64,000 nucleotides of DNA from Calditrichales bacterium (GTDB lineage: Bacteria > Calditrichota > Calditrichia > Calditrichales > J004), in assembly GCA_965267575.1 (NCBI GenBank), contig OZ254086.1:3072001-3136000 (forward strand), in the 5' to 3' direction. The notes under the pieces were generated by a model. The model saw only the letters and a list, made by a program, of their open reading frames with translations, was not told where the DNA came from and searched no databases. Positions 18,226 to 27,664 of the stretch are shown here, piece by piece. Made by a program: the position numbers and the translations under genes. Numbering within the stretch: position 1 is the first letter of the stretch; every line of letters begins with the position of its first letter.

Positions 18226-18876
18226 ATGCGATCATTGAAGAATTTGTTTGATAACAACCGTCGCTGGGCCGAAGAACAGGAGCAGAGCAATCCGGCTTTT
18301 TTTGAAGGACTGGCGTCAGGGCAGTCACCGGAATATTTGTGGATTGGCTGTTCGGACAGCAGGGTGCCGGCCAACGAGATTGTGGGATTACCACCGGGCG
18401 AATTGTTTGTTCACCGCAACGTGGCCAACCAGGTAATCCATACGGATATCAACTGCCTGTCGGTAATTCAGTTTGCCGTGGAGGCGCTGAAAGTGAAGCA
18501 TATTATTGTGTGCGGACACTACAACTGCGGCGGTATCAAAGCGGCTTTGGAGGATAACAGCAGCGGGGCGATTAACAGCTGGCTGAGGCACATCCAGGAT
18601 GTGTATGAAGACTTCCAGCACTTATTCCGCGACAAGAATGAAAAACAGAAGATTGATGCCATGTGTGAGCTGAATGTGCTGGCTCAGGCGCGGCATGTGT
18701 GCCGGACCGGTATTGTTAGGCAGGCCTGGAAACAGGGACAGGAGCTGATGGTCCATTCCTGGATTTACGCACTAAACGACGGCCGCTTAAGAGATCTGAA
18801 ATACAGCCCTGCGGCCATAAGCGAAGTTGAATCCTCTTTTGAAAATGCTTTGTTAGAATTAGGTTTGTCCGCTTAA
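18226..18876 (+). CDS. can: Beta-class carbonic anhydrase
   Basis: WIGCSDSRVP, FVHRNVAN, VCGHYNCGG. Confidence 0.96.
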   Translation: MRSLKNLFDNNRRWAEEQEQSNPAFFEGLASGQSPEYLWIGCSDSRVPANEIVGLPPGELFVHRNVANQVIHTDINCLSVIQFAVEALKVKHIIVCGHYNCGGIKAALEDNSSGAINSWLRHIQDVYEDFQHLFRDKNEKQKIDAMCELNVLAQARHVCRTGIVRQAWKQGQELMVHSWIYALNDGRLRDLKYSPAAISEVESSFENALLELGLSA

Positions 18877-18970
18877 AAAAGGCGAAGATACGCCTGATAC
18901 ATTTTTAACAATCCAAACGATTGCGTATCTTAAAAGCGAAAAATAGAAAAAGAGCGACAAGGAGGGGGAC

Positions 18971-20419
18971 ATGTCCGTTTATGAAGGTCTGAAACCAAAA
19001 CTGGTCTGGGACCATTTTTATCAATTGAATCAGATTCCGCGCTGTTCCGGCAATGAAGAAGGTGCGCGCAACTATGTTATTTCCGTGGCAGAGCGCCTTG
19101 GCCTGGAATACCAGGTTGATAAGGTCGGAAATACCGTGGTGCGCAAACCGGCCAGCAACGGCATGGAAAACAAACCGATTGTGATCATTCAAAACCATCT
19201 CGATATGGTTTGCGAGAAAAACAAAGGCACCGTTCACGATTTCGGCAAAGATGCGATCAAGCCGCTCATTGACGGCGAATGGGTCAAGGCGGACGGTACC
19301 ACTTTGGGGGCTGACAACGGTATCGGGGCCTGTATGGCTTTGGCCGCCATGGAAGACGATACGCTTGAACATCCGCCGCTGGAACTGCTTTTTACTATCG
19401 AAGAAGAGACGGGTTTGACGGGCGCGGTAGATCTTGACGTTGATATGTTGCAGGGGCGTGTCCTGATCAATCTTGATTCGGAAGAAGAAGGGGACCTGTA
19501 TATCGGATGCGCCGGCGGGCAGCATACGATTATGACCAAACACATCGGCTGGGGCACGGCCCCGGAAGGACACAAAACCGTATTGCTGAAAGTGTCCGGC
19601 CTGCGTGGCGGTCATTCCGGATTAAACATTGCTGATGAGTTTGGCAATGCCATCCGTCTGCTGGCGCGAATATTGAATAAACTGGGCAACCACACGTCAT
19701 TCAGCCTGGCGGCTGTTAACGGCGGAACGGCACACAATGCCATCCCGCGTGAAGCTGACGCGCTGCTTGTAGTAAACGACGGCGCGCTGCAAGCCCTGAA
19801 AGAGCTGGCGCGCGAATATGAGACAATCTTTAATGACGAGCTGAAGTTTACTGAGAAAAACATCAAGGTTACGGTTAGCGACCATGATCCTGTAAAAAAG
19901 GTGTTCGCGGGGCCTTTTACAGCTTCACTGATCCGCTTTTTGTACAGCGCGCCGCATGGCGTACAGGCCATGAGCAAAGCCGTTCCCGGTCTGGTGGAAA
20001 CCTCTACCAATCTGGCGATCGTAGAAACCCGCGATGATGAATTGTTTATTCTCACCAGCCAGCGTTCCAGTGTGGGCAGCGCCGTGGACGATATTGCCGA
20101 CCGCGTACGGGCTCTTGCCGAACTGGCCCATTTTGATGTGGAGCAGGGCGGCGGCTATCCGGCCTGGCAGCCAAACCCGCAGAGCAAGTTGCTGGATATT
20201 TGTAAAGATGTCTACAAAAAACGCTTCAGCAAAGAGATCAACGTTAAGGTGATCCATGCCGGCCTGGAGTGCGGTATTATCGGTGATATGGTCGATGGTA
20301 TGGACATGATCAGTTTTGGCCCGGACATTGTCGGCGCCCACTCACCTGATGAGCGCGTGCGTATTGCGTCCGTAGATCATATCTGGGAATACCTGCGGGC
20401 GATCCTGAAAAGCTTCTGA
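18971..20419 (+). CDS. pepD: Aminoacyl-histidine dipeptidase (M20C)
   Basis: QNHLDMVCEK, GTTLGADNGIG, EEETGL, NLDSEE, GLRGGHSG, IHAGLECG, AHSPDER. Confidence 0.95.
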   Translation: MSVYEGLKPKLVWDHFYQLNQIPRCSGNEEGARNYVISVAERLGLEYQVDKVGNTVVRKPASNGMENKPIVIIQNHLDMVCEKNKGTVHDFGKDAIKPLIDGEWVKADGTTLGADNGIGACMALAAMEDDTLEHPPLELLFTIEEETGLTGAVDLDVDMLQGRVLINLDSEEEGDLYIGCAGGQHTIMTKHIGWGTAPEGHKTVLLKVSGLRGGHSGLNIADEFGNAIRLLARILNKLGNHTSFSLAAVNGGTAHNAIPREADALLVVNDGALQALKELAREYETIFNDELKFTEKNIKVTVSDHDPVKKVFAGPFTASLIRFLYSAPHGVQAMSKAVPGLVETSTNLAIVETRDDELFILTSQRSSVGSAVDDIADRVRALAELAHFDVEQGGGYPAWQPNPQSKLLDICKDVYKKRFSKEINVKVIHAGLECGIIGDMVDGMDMISFGPDIVGAHSPDERVRIASVDHIWEYLRAILKSF

Positions 20420-20427
20420 TAATTGGC

Positions 20428-20452
20428 GGGCGGCCGCCGCGCCGCCCTTTTT
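20428..20452 (+). terminator. Intrinsic terminator after pepD
   Basis: GGGCGGC/GCCGCCC stem plus TTTTT. Confidence 0.75.
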
Positions 20453-20609
20453 GTTTTCAGTTTTATCTAAAAATTATGAACTATTATCCTGCCAAAAAGC
20501 GTTTAAGTCCTTTTAAGTGTAAACTCTAATAAGTCATTTCGTGTTTTTTGTCAATGCGCCGGCCACCTTACATCGGCGATAATTGAGATAAACAATTCGA
20601 GTTTTAAAG

Positions 20610-21488
20610 ATGATGAGCAATCTGAGGAAAAGCATAAGCATCATTTTTCTTTCTAAAGTTTTGCTGTCTGTCGCCGCCGGCCAGACGGTTCAATGGGAGC
20701 TTTCGTGGACCGCCAACAGTGAAGACGACATGCATGAATACCTGATCTTTCGCGGTACGTCCCCGTCCCCCACGACCGTTTATGCCCGCGTCGCCCACCC
20801 TGAACATAGGTATACCGATAGCGACATCGAAAAGGGCATTCTCTACTATTACAGGCTCAAAGCCGTCGATCTGGCTGCCAACCAAAGTGAGTTTTCCGAT
20901 GAAATAAGCGCGGCCTTGCCAAAAGTAGAATTTCCAACAGACCTTGAGGATGTGGTCCTTGATCCCGGCTCCTCTATCCAGATTGATTTGAATAATTATG
21001 TTATTGATCCCGATAACAGTCCCGGCGAGATGCAGTGGTCAGCCTCGGGCAATACGCTGCTTGGCGTGACCATAGACGCGGCCAGTGTGGCCACAATTTC
21101 CGCGCCGGCCAACTGGACAGGGCAGGAGACAATCTCATTCAGCGTGAGCGATACATATGGGTTCAGCGATATTGCGGACGTGACCGTTTACGCCAGCGGT
21201 GACCTGGTTCCCCAGGGCGAAGAGATAAGCATATTTCCACTACCCTATAAGGAGGGCGACCAGCCCGCGGCGGAGGGGATCACGTTCGCCAACCTGCCGC
21301 AAACCTCGGAGCTGCTTATTTTTAACATGCTGGGTGAACCTGTGTATAAAGAGAGCGATCTGTTTGGAACCTACCTGTGGGACACACTCAACAATGCCGG
21401 CAAAAAGGTCAATTCCGGTATCTATATTTACCACATCAAAGCAGCCGGTAAAAAATTGAAAAGCGGCAAGCTTGTGATTGTCCGCTAA
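20610..21488 (+). CDS. Secreted FN3/Ig-like protein with T9SS-type CTD
   Basis: Signal peptide; LSWTANSEDD...YYYRLKAVD...SEFS FN3 pattern; VNSGIYIYHI...GKLVIVR. Confidence 0.8.
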   Translation: MMSNLRKSISIIFLSKVLLSVAAGQTVQWELSWTANSEDDMHEYLIFRGTSPSPTTVYARVAHPEHRYTDSDIEKGILYYYRLKAVDLAANQSEFSDEISAALPKVEFPTDLEDVVLDPGSSIQIDLNNYVIDPDNSPGEMQWSASGNTLLGVTIDAASVATISAPANWTGQETISFSVSDTYGFSDIADVTVYASGDLVPQGEEISIFPLPYKEGDQPAAEGITFANLPQTSELLIFNMLGEPVYKESDLFGTYLWDTLNNAGKKVNSGIYIYHIKAAGKKLKSGKLVIVR

Positions 21489-21655
21489 TGATCTGATTAC
21501 AGTCCGTTTATCCTCAATCCGGTTATACCTCACCTTAAGATGACCTCTTTTCTCAAATCACAATTCAATAATTCCCCTTTTATTGTTATATTTTTTTGAT
21601 CAATTTGTAATTTGCCATGTTTATTGTGCATCCAAACGGAAAAACGGAGAATAAA

Positions 21656-23806
21656 ATGTACAGTATTAGAAAGTTTCTGATGGTTACGGGCGCGGTTTTT
21701 GTGCTGGCGGCAGCATTAAATGCGGCCGATTCCGAGATTGCCCGTTCTGAAAACATAGAGGCGCAGCTTGTCACAGATGTGAATGCGGTGCAGCCGGGTG
21801 AAGATATTACTGTCGCTCTGCGTATGAATATGGACCCGCAGTGGCACACCTATTGGCGCAATGTGGGTGATTCCGGTTTGCCGGTTGAAATCACCTGGAC
21901 CCTGCCCGACGGTTTTTCCGCGGGCCCGATACAGTGGCCGTACCCGGAACGGATTGAAGCCGGTCCGCTTGTCTCATTTGGCTACCACGGCGAAATATTT
22001 CTTCTGAACAAGATTTCCGTTCCCGATGAACTGACCGCTGAAGCTGTAACCATAAATGCGCGCGCTGACTGGCTGGAGTGTGCCGATGTCTGCATTCCGG
22101 GCGGGGTAGATCTGTCTTTGTCACTGGCTGTTAGCGGGGAACCCGTTGAACCCGATGTGAAATGGGTGGAAGCCTTCGCTGACACACGCGCGAAACTGCC
22201 CTTGAAAGACAGCGGCTGGAGTTTTGGCGCGCAAAAGGGCGACGGAACATACGTCTTACAGGCCAGCGCGCCGGAATGGTACGATACATCTCCCGGTGAG
22301 GTGCTCTATTTTCCTTATGAATCCGGCGTGATCGATTACGCGGCTAAACAAAAAGTAAGCTTTGAAGACGGTGTTTTAACGCTGGAGGTACCTGTTGCGC
22401 CTATGCCCGCTAAAGAACCGCATGATCTGGAAGGTGTGCTTGTGGCGGAGAACGGCTGGCGCGGCGCCGGTTCGGAAAAGGCGATTCATTTTGACGCAGA
22501 GCCGGGAAGCAGCCTGGGCGGAGCAGCCGCTTCCGGCAAAAAAGAATCAAGCCTGTTGCTGGTGCTGCTGGGCGCATTTGTCGGTGGCATGATCCTCAAC
22601 CTGATGCCCTGTGTTCTGCCTGTCCTGTCGCTCAAAATCATGGGTTTTGTACAGCAAGCCAACGAAGAGAAATCGAAACCATGGCAACACGGTCTGGTAT
22701 TTACGGGCGGCGTTTTGATCTCTTTCTGGGTGCTGGCGGGAGCGCTTTTGCTGCTGCGTGCCGGCGGTGAAGAGCTGGGCTGGGGTTTCCAGCTGCAATC
22801 TCCCATATTTTTGATCGTCTTATCGGCTTTTCTGTTTTTATTCGGCCTCAGCATGTTTGGCGTGTTCGAGATCGGAACATCGCTGACGACGCTACAGGGC
22901 GGCAAGCCCAAAGGCGGTTTTGGCGGTTCTTTTGTAAGCGGCGTTATGGCGACGGTGGTAGCCACGCCCTGTACGGCCCCGTTTATGGGATCGGCCCTCG
23001 GTTTTGCACTGACGCAGCCGGCATGGGTTTCGTTGACTGTATTCAGCTTCCTGGGATTGGGCATGGCTTTCCCTTATGTATTGCTGGCATCAACACCCGC
23101 CTTGTTGAAATTTGTCCCCAAACCGGGACGCTGGATGGAATCGCTTAAGCAGTTTATGGGCTTTCTTTTGCTGGCGACTGTTTTATGGCTGCTGTGGGTT
23201 TTGGCCCAGCAGGCCGGCGCGATGATGGTGATAGTGACCCTTGGCGCGTTGCTGCTTCTGGGGCTTGCAGGCTGGATCTACGGGCGCTGGGGTAACCTGG
23301 CAATGGGTACGCGCACCCGCGCTGTTGCCACATCCATCGCCGGACTGATTGTTGTCGCCTCGCTCTACATTACGATCGACAGTGTGGATACGTTTGCTGC
23401 GGCACCACAAGCTTCCGGCCAGAAGCAGAGCTCGGGCATTGCCTGGGAAGATTACAACGAAAGCCGTTACCAGGAACTGAAACAATCAGACAAACCTGTT
23501 TTTATTGATTTTACGGCCGCCTGGTGCCTGAGCTGCCAGGTGAATGACCGTGTGGCGTTTTCGTCAGAAAAAGTGCAACAAAAGTTTAAGGATATGGGTA
23601 TAGTGAGCATTAAGGCGGACTGGACTTCGCGTGATGATATGATTACGCGCGCGCTGGCCCGTTACGGACGGAACAGTGTTCCGCTTTATGTGTATTACCC
23701 GTCCGGAACCGACAGCGAACCGCAGATTTTGCCCGAAATAATTACACCGGGCATCGTGTTGGACGCGCTTGAAAATGGTTCAGCACAAGCTATCACCCGA
23801 AAATAA
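21656..23806 (+). CDS. dsbD: Thiol:disulfide interchange protein DsbD family
   Basis: Start MYSIRK after GGAG; WHTYWRN and ECADVC N-domain, LNLMPCVLPV and ATPCTAP TM domain, FTAAWCLSC thioredoxin domain. Confidence 0.9.
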   Translation: MYSIRKFLMVTGAVFVLAAALNAADSEIARSENIEAQLVTDVNAVQPGEDITVALRMNMDPQWHTYWRNVGDSGLPVEITWTLPDGFSAGPIQWPYPERIEAGPLVSFGYHGEIFLLNKISVPDELTAEAVTINARADWLECADVCIPGGVDLSLSLAVSGEPVEPDVKWVEAFADTRAKLPLKDSGWSFGAQKGDGTYVLQASAPEWYDTSPGEVLYFPYESGVIDYAAKQKVSFEDGVLTLEVPVAPMPAKEPHDLEGVLVAENGWRGAGSEKAIHFDAEPGSSLGGAAASGKKESSLLLVLLGAFVGGMILNLMPCVLPVLSLKIMGFVQQANEEKSKPWQHGLVFTGGVLISFWVLAGALLLLRAGGEELGWGFQLQSPIFLIVLSAFLFLFGLSMFGVFEIGTSLTTLQGGKPKGGFGGSFVSGVMATVVATPCTAPFMGSALGFALTQPAWVSLTVFSFLGLGMAFPYVLLASTPALLKFVPKPGRWMESLKQFMGFLLLATVLWLLWVLAQQAGAMMVIVTLGALLLLGLAGWIYGRWGNLAMGTRTRAVATSIAGLIVVASLYITIDSVDTFAAAPQASGQKQSSGIAWEDYNESRYQELKQSDKPVFIDFTAAWCLSCQVNDRVAFSSEKVQQKFKDMGIVSIKADWTSRDDMITRALARYGRNSVPLYVYYPSGTDSEPQILPEIITPGIVLDALENGSAQAITRK

Positions 23807-23817
23807 CGGAGGAGAAT

Positions 23818-24429
23818 ATGACGCGTTTGATTTCCGCGATGGCGGCATCACTTTTGCTTTTCGCAGGAGTTGTATTTGCCGATCAGGAGGCAAAGCTGGA
23901 TGCCGAGGCGCCGCAATTTACACTAATGGATTACCAGGGTAACGAAGTGAGCCTTGAGGATTACAAAGGCAAATGGGTTGTACTGGAATGGATCAATTTT
24001 GGATGTCCTTTTGTGCAGAAGCATTATAACAGCGGTAACATGCAGGAGCTTCAGAAGCGCTATACTGAAAAAGGCGTTGTCTGGCTGGCCATTTGTTCTT
24101 CCGCTGCCGGCAAGCAGGGCTATTATCCAAATGATGAGCTGGGCGGTGAGCTTGAACAGCGCGATTTTAGCGCAGATGCTTACCTGATTGATACCAGCGG
24201 CAAGGTGGGCAAAATGTACGGCGCCAAAACAACGCCTCATATGTACATTATCAATCCGGAAGGCACGCTTGTTTATGCCGGAGCCATTGATGATAAAGCT
24301 TCCACGCGCCTCGAGGACATTAAAACAGCCAACAATTATGTAACGGAAATGCTGGATGCCTATATGGCCGGCAAAGAAGTGGAGTCTAAAAGCACAACGC
24401 CATACGGCTGCACGGTCAAATACAAGTAA
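23818..24429 (+). CDS. Exported redoxin / AhpC-TSA thioredoxin-fold protein
   Basis: Signal peptide; VLEWINFGCPFV, YGAKTTPHMY, YAGAIDD, PYGCTVK. Confidence 0.88.
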   Translation: MTRLISAMAASLLLFAGVVFADQEAKLDAEAPQFTLMDYQGNEVSLEDYKGKWVVLEWINFGCPFVQKHYNSGNMQELQKRYTEKGVVWLAICSSAAGKQGYYPNDELGGELEQRDFSADAYLIDTSGKVGKMYGAKTTPHMYIINPEGTLVYAGAIDDKASTRLEDIKTANNYVTEMLDAYMAGKEVESKSTTPYGCTVKYK

Positions 24430-24432
24430 ATT

Positions 24433-24460
24433 AATTACGAATTACGAATTAGAAATTAAA
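24433..24460 (+). repeat. AATTANN heptamer tandem repeat (x4)
   Basis: aattacg-aattacg-aattaga-aattaaa. Confidence 0.6.
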
Positions 24461-24491
24461 AAGGGAAGGCCGGTTGGTTCTTCCCTTTTTT
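24458..24491 (+). terminator. Intrinsic terminator after the dsbD-redoxin operon
   Basis: AAGGGAAG/CTTCCCTT stem plus T run. Confidence 0.75.
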
Positions 24492-24539
24492 GTTTGATAA
24501 AGCAAAAATTCAATAATTCAGAAATTCATTTTTCCAATC

Positions 24540-24635
24540 AAAAAAAGGCGGCAGCCTTTTTACAGACCACCGCCCCTCGACCTAACCAGAAGAACAGACT
24601 CAGGAAGGTTAGTTAATCACTTTTCCAAATGGCGA
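24540..24635 (-). ncRNA. Candidate sigma54-dependent small RNA (about 95 nt)
   Basis: Upstream CTGGCATCCGTATTGTA (24662-24646); internal CUAACC/GGUUAG stem; terminal GGCGGUGGUC/GGCUGCCGCC stem plus U7; no ORF. Confidence 0.45.
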
Positions 24636-24806
24636 TTTCTTTTAATACAATACGGATGCCAGTTTGGGCAACAATTTCTGTAAATGATTGTTTTTTAATT
24701 GATTACAGGTTGAGAAAAGGGACGAAGGGTAATACAGGTGTCGCGGGGAAGCGACGCTTTTGAAGCCTTCATTGTAGGCCGCACGCGACACTCTTTCTTG
24801 TGCCGG

Positions 24807-26342
24807 TTATCCCGCGGGAAAGGTCTGCTTGGAAAGCTTCTCCTCCACCAGCCGCCAGGTGGATTTATGCTCTTTTTGTTTTACCGGAATGGCCAGCTCG
24901 GTCAGTACATCATCGACGTAGGATTCGCGACGCATGCCAACGAGGACCGAAGAAACGCCACGTGATGATCGTATTGCACGCAGGGCAAGCTGCATCAGGC
25001 CGTTGCTGTTCTTGTCCCACTCGATGCTGGTGTTGCGGAGCGTGCCGTAGATCCGTGCCGAGAGGTCGGAAGCGCGTTCGGCGTAGATCACTGTTAGCAT
25101 ATCCAGGATCTTGTTGAACTGCTCCACATAATTATCCAGCCAGTCGATGGTTTTCTGTCCGCGGTCTTCCACTTCGTTGAGTTTTTGCACTGCGTAGCTG
25201 ATCTGTTCGGCCACGTACTGGGCCTGGTGCTCAACCCACGACCAGTAGGGTCCGAATTTTGGCCAGTTACGCGACATATATGTACCGGTGGAAAAGATAC
25301 CGATCAGGTCGTTTTGCGTTTGCTCATCTACTTTGAGGTTTGGTAAAATCTCGTCGGTGAAGGTTTTTTCCATCACGCAGATTTTGTCAAAATACTCCTG
25401 CAGCGTTGCCCGGTCCGGATGTTCGTTGACCGTAATATTAATCAACCTAAGCAACTGCCTGTTAACGAAAGCGTTTAACGGGCGGTTGATCAGAACGGCG
25501 ATGCCCGCTTCATGGGCATATTGCAGCACCGTCCTGTTTTCAGTTTGATTAACGCGACTGGCAGCGCTGTGCTCCAGCAAGTTCAGCGGAAGCTGTATCA
25601 CTTTGAAGTTGTTTTTGTCGGAAATCGACTTTGCAATATTGTGCACACGTTCCAGTGACGTGAATTGGTAATCATCGGCGCCGGCGGGAAAAGTGTTAGA
25701 GCTGATGCCATAGCAGCCAATACGTCCGTTTTGCACTTCAATTTCCAGGTGCATGAAGGCTTTCTCTATACGGCGGTAATATTCATCACGCGCCTTATCG
25801 CGGTTGGTACCGCTGCGCTGTGCTTTGTTCATATAATATTCGGGATTGTGCAGCAGGAAAACATCGATGCAGTCCAGGTTCAGCCGCTTCAGGCTGCGCG
25901 TGATCTGGTCTTCCAGGAATTCGGGATGAATGCAATGCTCCAGGCCTTCGGAAATTTCCACCAGCTCCGGGATCGGTTTGCCTTGCTCTTCGAGTTCCTG
26001 GCTCAGGCGATAATTTTGTCCCTGCAAATAGCCGGCCTTGGACACAACAACGATCTCTTCACGCTTGACCGATTCCGTGCGCAACAGCTCGTCCAGCACC
26101 TGGCCGATAAGCTCTTCCGAGCCACCGTCCGCGTAATTGCTGCTGGTGTCAATCAGGTTAACGCCGTTAAGCAGCGCCTTGCGCAGGGCCTGTTTGTGCG
26201 CGTCGATGGAAACGTGCACGCGGTAGGTGCCGAATCCACATTCAGATACATTTAGACCGGTCTGACCAAGAACACTATAATTCAGCCGTGAAAAACGTTC
26301 GGTATAACGTTTTGTGCCTGCGGCAGTGGCCTGTTTTTGCAT
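24807..26342 (-). CDS. Aldo/keto reductase with long helical insertion/extension
   Basis: LGQTGLNVSECGFGTY, NLIDTSSNY..G.SE, VVVSKAG, LDCIDVFLLHNP, IQLPLNLLE, SSVLVGMR. Confidence 0.88.
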   Translation of the reverse strand: MQKQATAAGTKRYTERFSRLNYSVLGQTGLNVSECGFGTYRVHVSIDAHKQALRKALLNGVNLIDTSSNYADGGSEELIGQVLDELLRTESVKREEIVVVSKAGYLQGQNYRLSQELEEQGKPIPELVEISEGLEHCIHPEFLEDQITRSLKRLNLDCIDVFLLHNPEYYMNKAQRSGTNRDKARDEYYRRIEKAFMHLEIEVQNGRIGCYGISSNTFPAGADDYQFTSLERVHNIAKSISDKNNFKVIQLPLNLLEHSAASRVNQTENRTVLQYAHEAGIAVLINRPLNAFVNRQLLRLINITVNEHPDRATLQEYFDKICVMEKTFTDEILPNLKVDEQTQNDLIGIFSTGTYMSRNWPKFGPYWSWVEHQAQYVAEQISYAVQKLNEVEDRGQKTIDWLDNYVEQFNKILDMLTVIYAERASDLSARIYGTLRNTSIEWDKNSNGLMQLALRAIRSSRGVSSVLVGMRRESYVDDVLTELAIPVKQKEHKSTWRLVEEKLSKQTFPAG

Positions 26343-26512
26343 GGATTTACTCTCATCTAGTTTTGAAACAATCGTATAACTTATATAAAATTGCCAGAAT
26401 GCAAAACCAAAAAGGTTTGCGGAATGCGAAACAAGTGATCAACTGTTAACAATAAAACGGCAAATTTACTGCGTCTCTCTTTGTTTTGGTTTTTAATAAT
26501 CGAAAGGGCCTT

Positions 26513-27268
26513 ATGTTCATTAGAATTCTCATTCTGATAAATTTATTCGTGCTGTCCGGAAGTTTGTTCGGCCAGGTCAATACTGAAAAATTTCGCTCGG
26601 CCAAGGTAGACACCTCGGGCTGGGGTTTTGACGCTCAACTGGAGTATATGTTGCGTCGCGGTAATGTGGAGCAGCAGGAAGGTGAGGCGGAGATTGTATT
26701 GCGCTATGCCGGTGTAAGCGCAAAAAACTATCTGATTATAAAAGGTGATGTGGGCTGGCAGGGTGAAAAGCGCTTTTCCAACAATATGCTTTTGCATACG
26801 CGTCATGTACGCCCTTTTTGGCGGCGCTGGAATGCCGAGTTTTTTGCCCAGATCGATTATGCCAAAGAACGGCTGCTGGACCGCCGTTTTATTTTTGGCG
26901 CGGGCGCTAGTTATAATATTATTGGCACCTGGCGGCTTGCCGTGGCGCTGATGCACGAGGAAGAGCGCTATGGCCTGCCGCAAACGGCGATGCATCCCCA
27001 GGATGTTTCTGTTAACCGTCTCAGCAGTTTTGTGGTCTGGCGCTCGCAGTTCAAGCCTTACCTGCGCGGTGCTTTTGTGGTTTATTACCAGCCGCAGCTG
27101 GATGACTTTAATGATGTTCGTGTTTTGGCAGAGGGCACATTGTTTGTCGGGTTGTCGGATGCTGTCTCGTTGACGATCGAGTCGAACTACCGTTTTGATC
27201 GCGAACCGCCTGACAATATCCGCGATTTCGATTTTTCTACAAAGGTCGGTTTGGCAGTCTCACTTTAA
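26513..27268 (+). CDS. DUF481-like outer-membrane beta-barrel protein
   Basis: Signal peptide (start MFIRI), amphipathic strands, EFFAQ, YYQPQLDDFNDVR, C-terminal KVGLAVSL strand. Confidence 0.7.
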   Translation: MFIRILILINLFVLSGSLFGQVNTEKFRSAKVDTSGWGFDAQLEYMLRRGNVEQQEGEAEIVLRYAGVSAKNYLIIKGDVGWQGEKRFSNNMLLHTRHVRPFWRRWNAEFFAQIDYAKERLLDRRFIFGAGASYNIIGTWRLAVALMHEEERYGLPQTAMHPQDVSVNRLSSFVVWRSQFKPYLRGAFVVYYQPQLDDFNDVRVLAEGTLFVGLSDAVSLTIESNYRFDREPPDNIRDFDFSTKVGLAVSL

Positions 27269-27276
27269 ATGATTTT

Positions 27277-27654
27277 ATGAAGATAAAAAAATACATTAGC
27301 AGCAGCGGACTGGACATACTGGTCGGGCAGGATGATGCTTCCAACGACTACCTTAGCCTGAAGCTGGCCGATGCCAATGATCTGTGGTTTCATGTGGCCG
27401 GTTTTCCCGGCAGCCACGTCGTGCTTAGATGCGCGGGAACGGAAGCGGATAAGGAAAGCATCAGCGAGGCGGCGGCGCTTGCGGCGTGGTTTTCCAAGAT
27501 GCGCAATGGCCGCAATGTGGCGGTACATTACTGCCAGGCACAAAACGTCTCCAAACCGCGCAAGGCAAAACCCGGCACGGTCACAATCCGCCGCGAAAAG
27601 AAAATAAAAGTGAACCCCTCCTGCCCCGACAACGGGTCATGGTACGAAACATAG
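27277..27654 (+). CDS. Stand-alone NFACT RNA-binding (NFACT-R/DUF814) domain protein
   Basis: ILVGQDDASND.LS, DLWFHVAGFPGSHVV, AAALAAWFSK, VSKPRKAKPGTV. Confidence 0.9.
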   Translation: MKIKKYISSSGLDILVGQDDASNDYLSLKLADANDLWFHVAGFPGSHVVLRCAGTEADKESISEAAALAAWFSKMRNGRNVAVHYCQAQNVSKPRKAKPGTVTIRREKKIKVNPSCPDNGSWYET

Positions 27655-27664
27655 GAGTAGCGCA

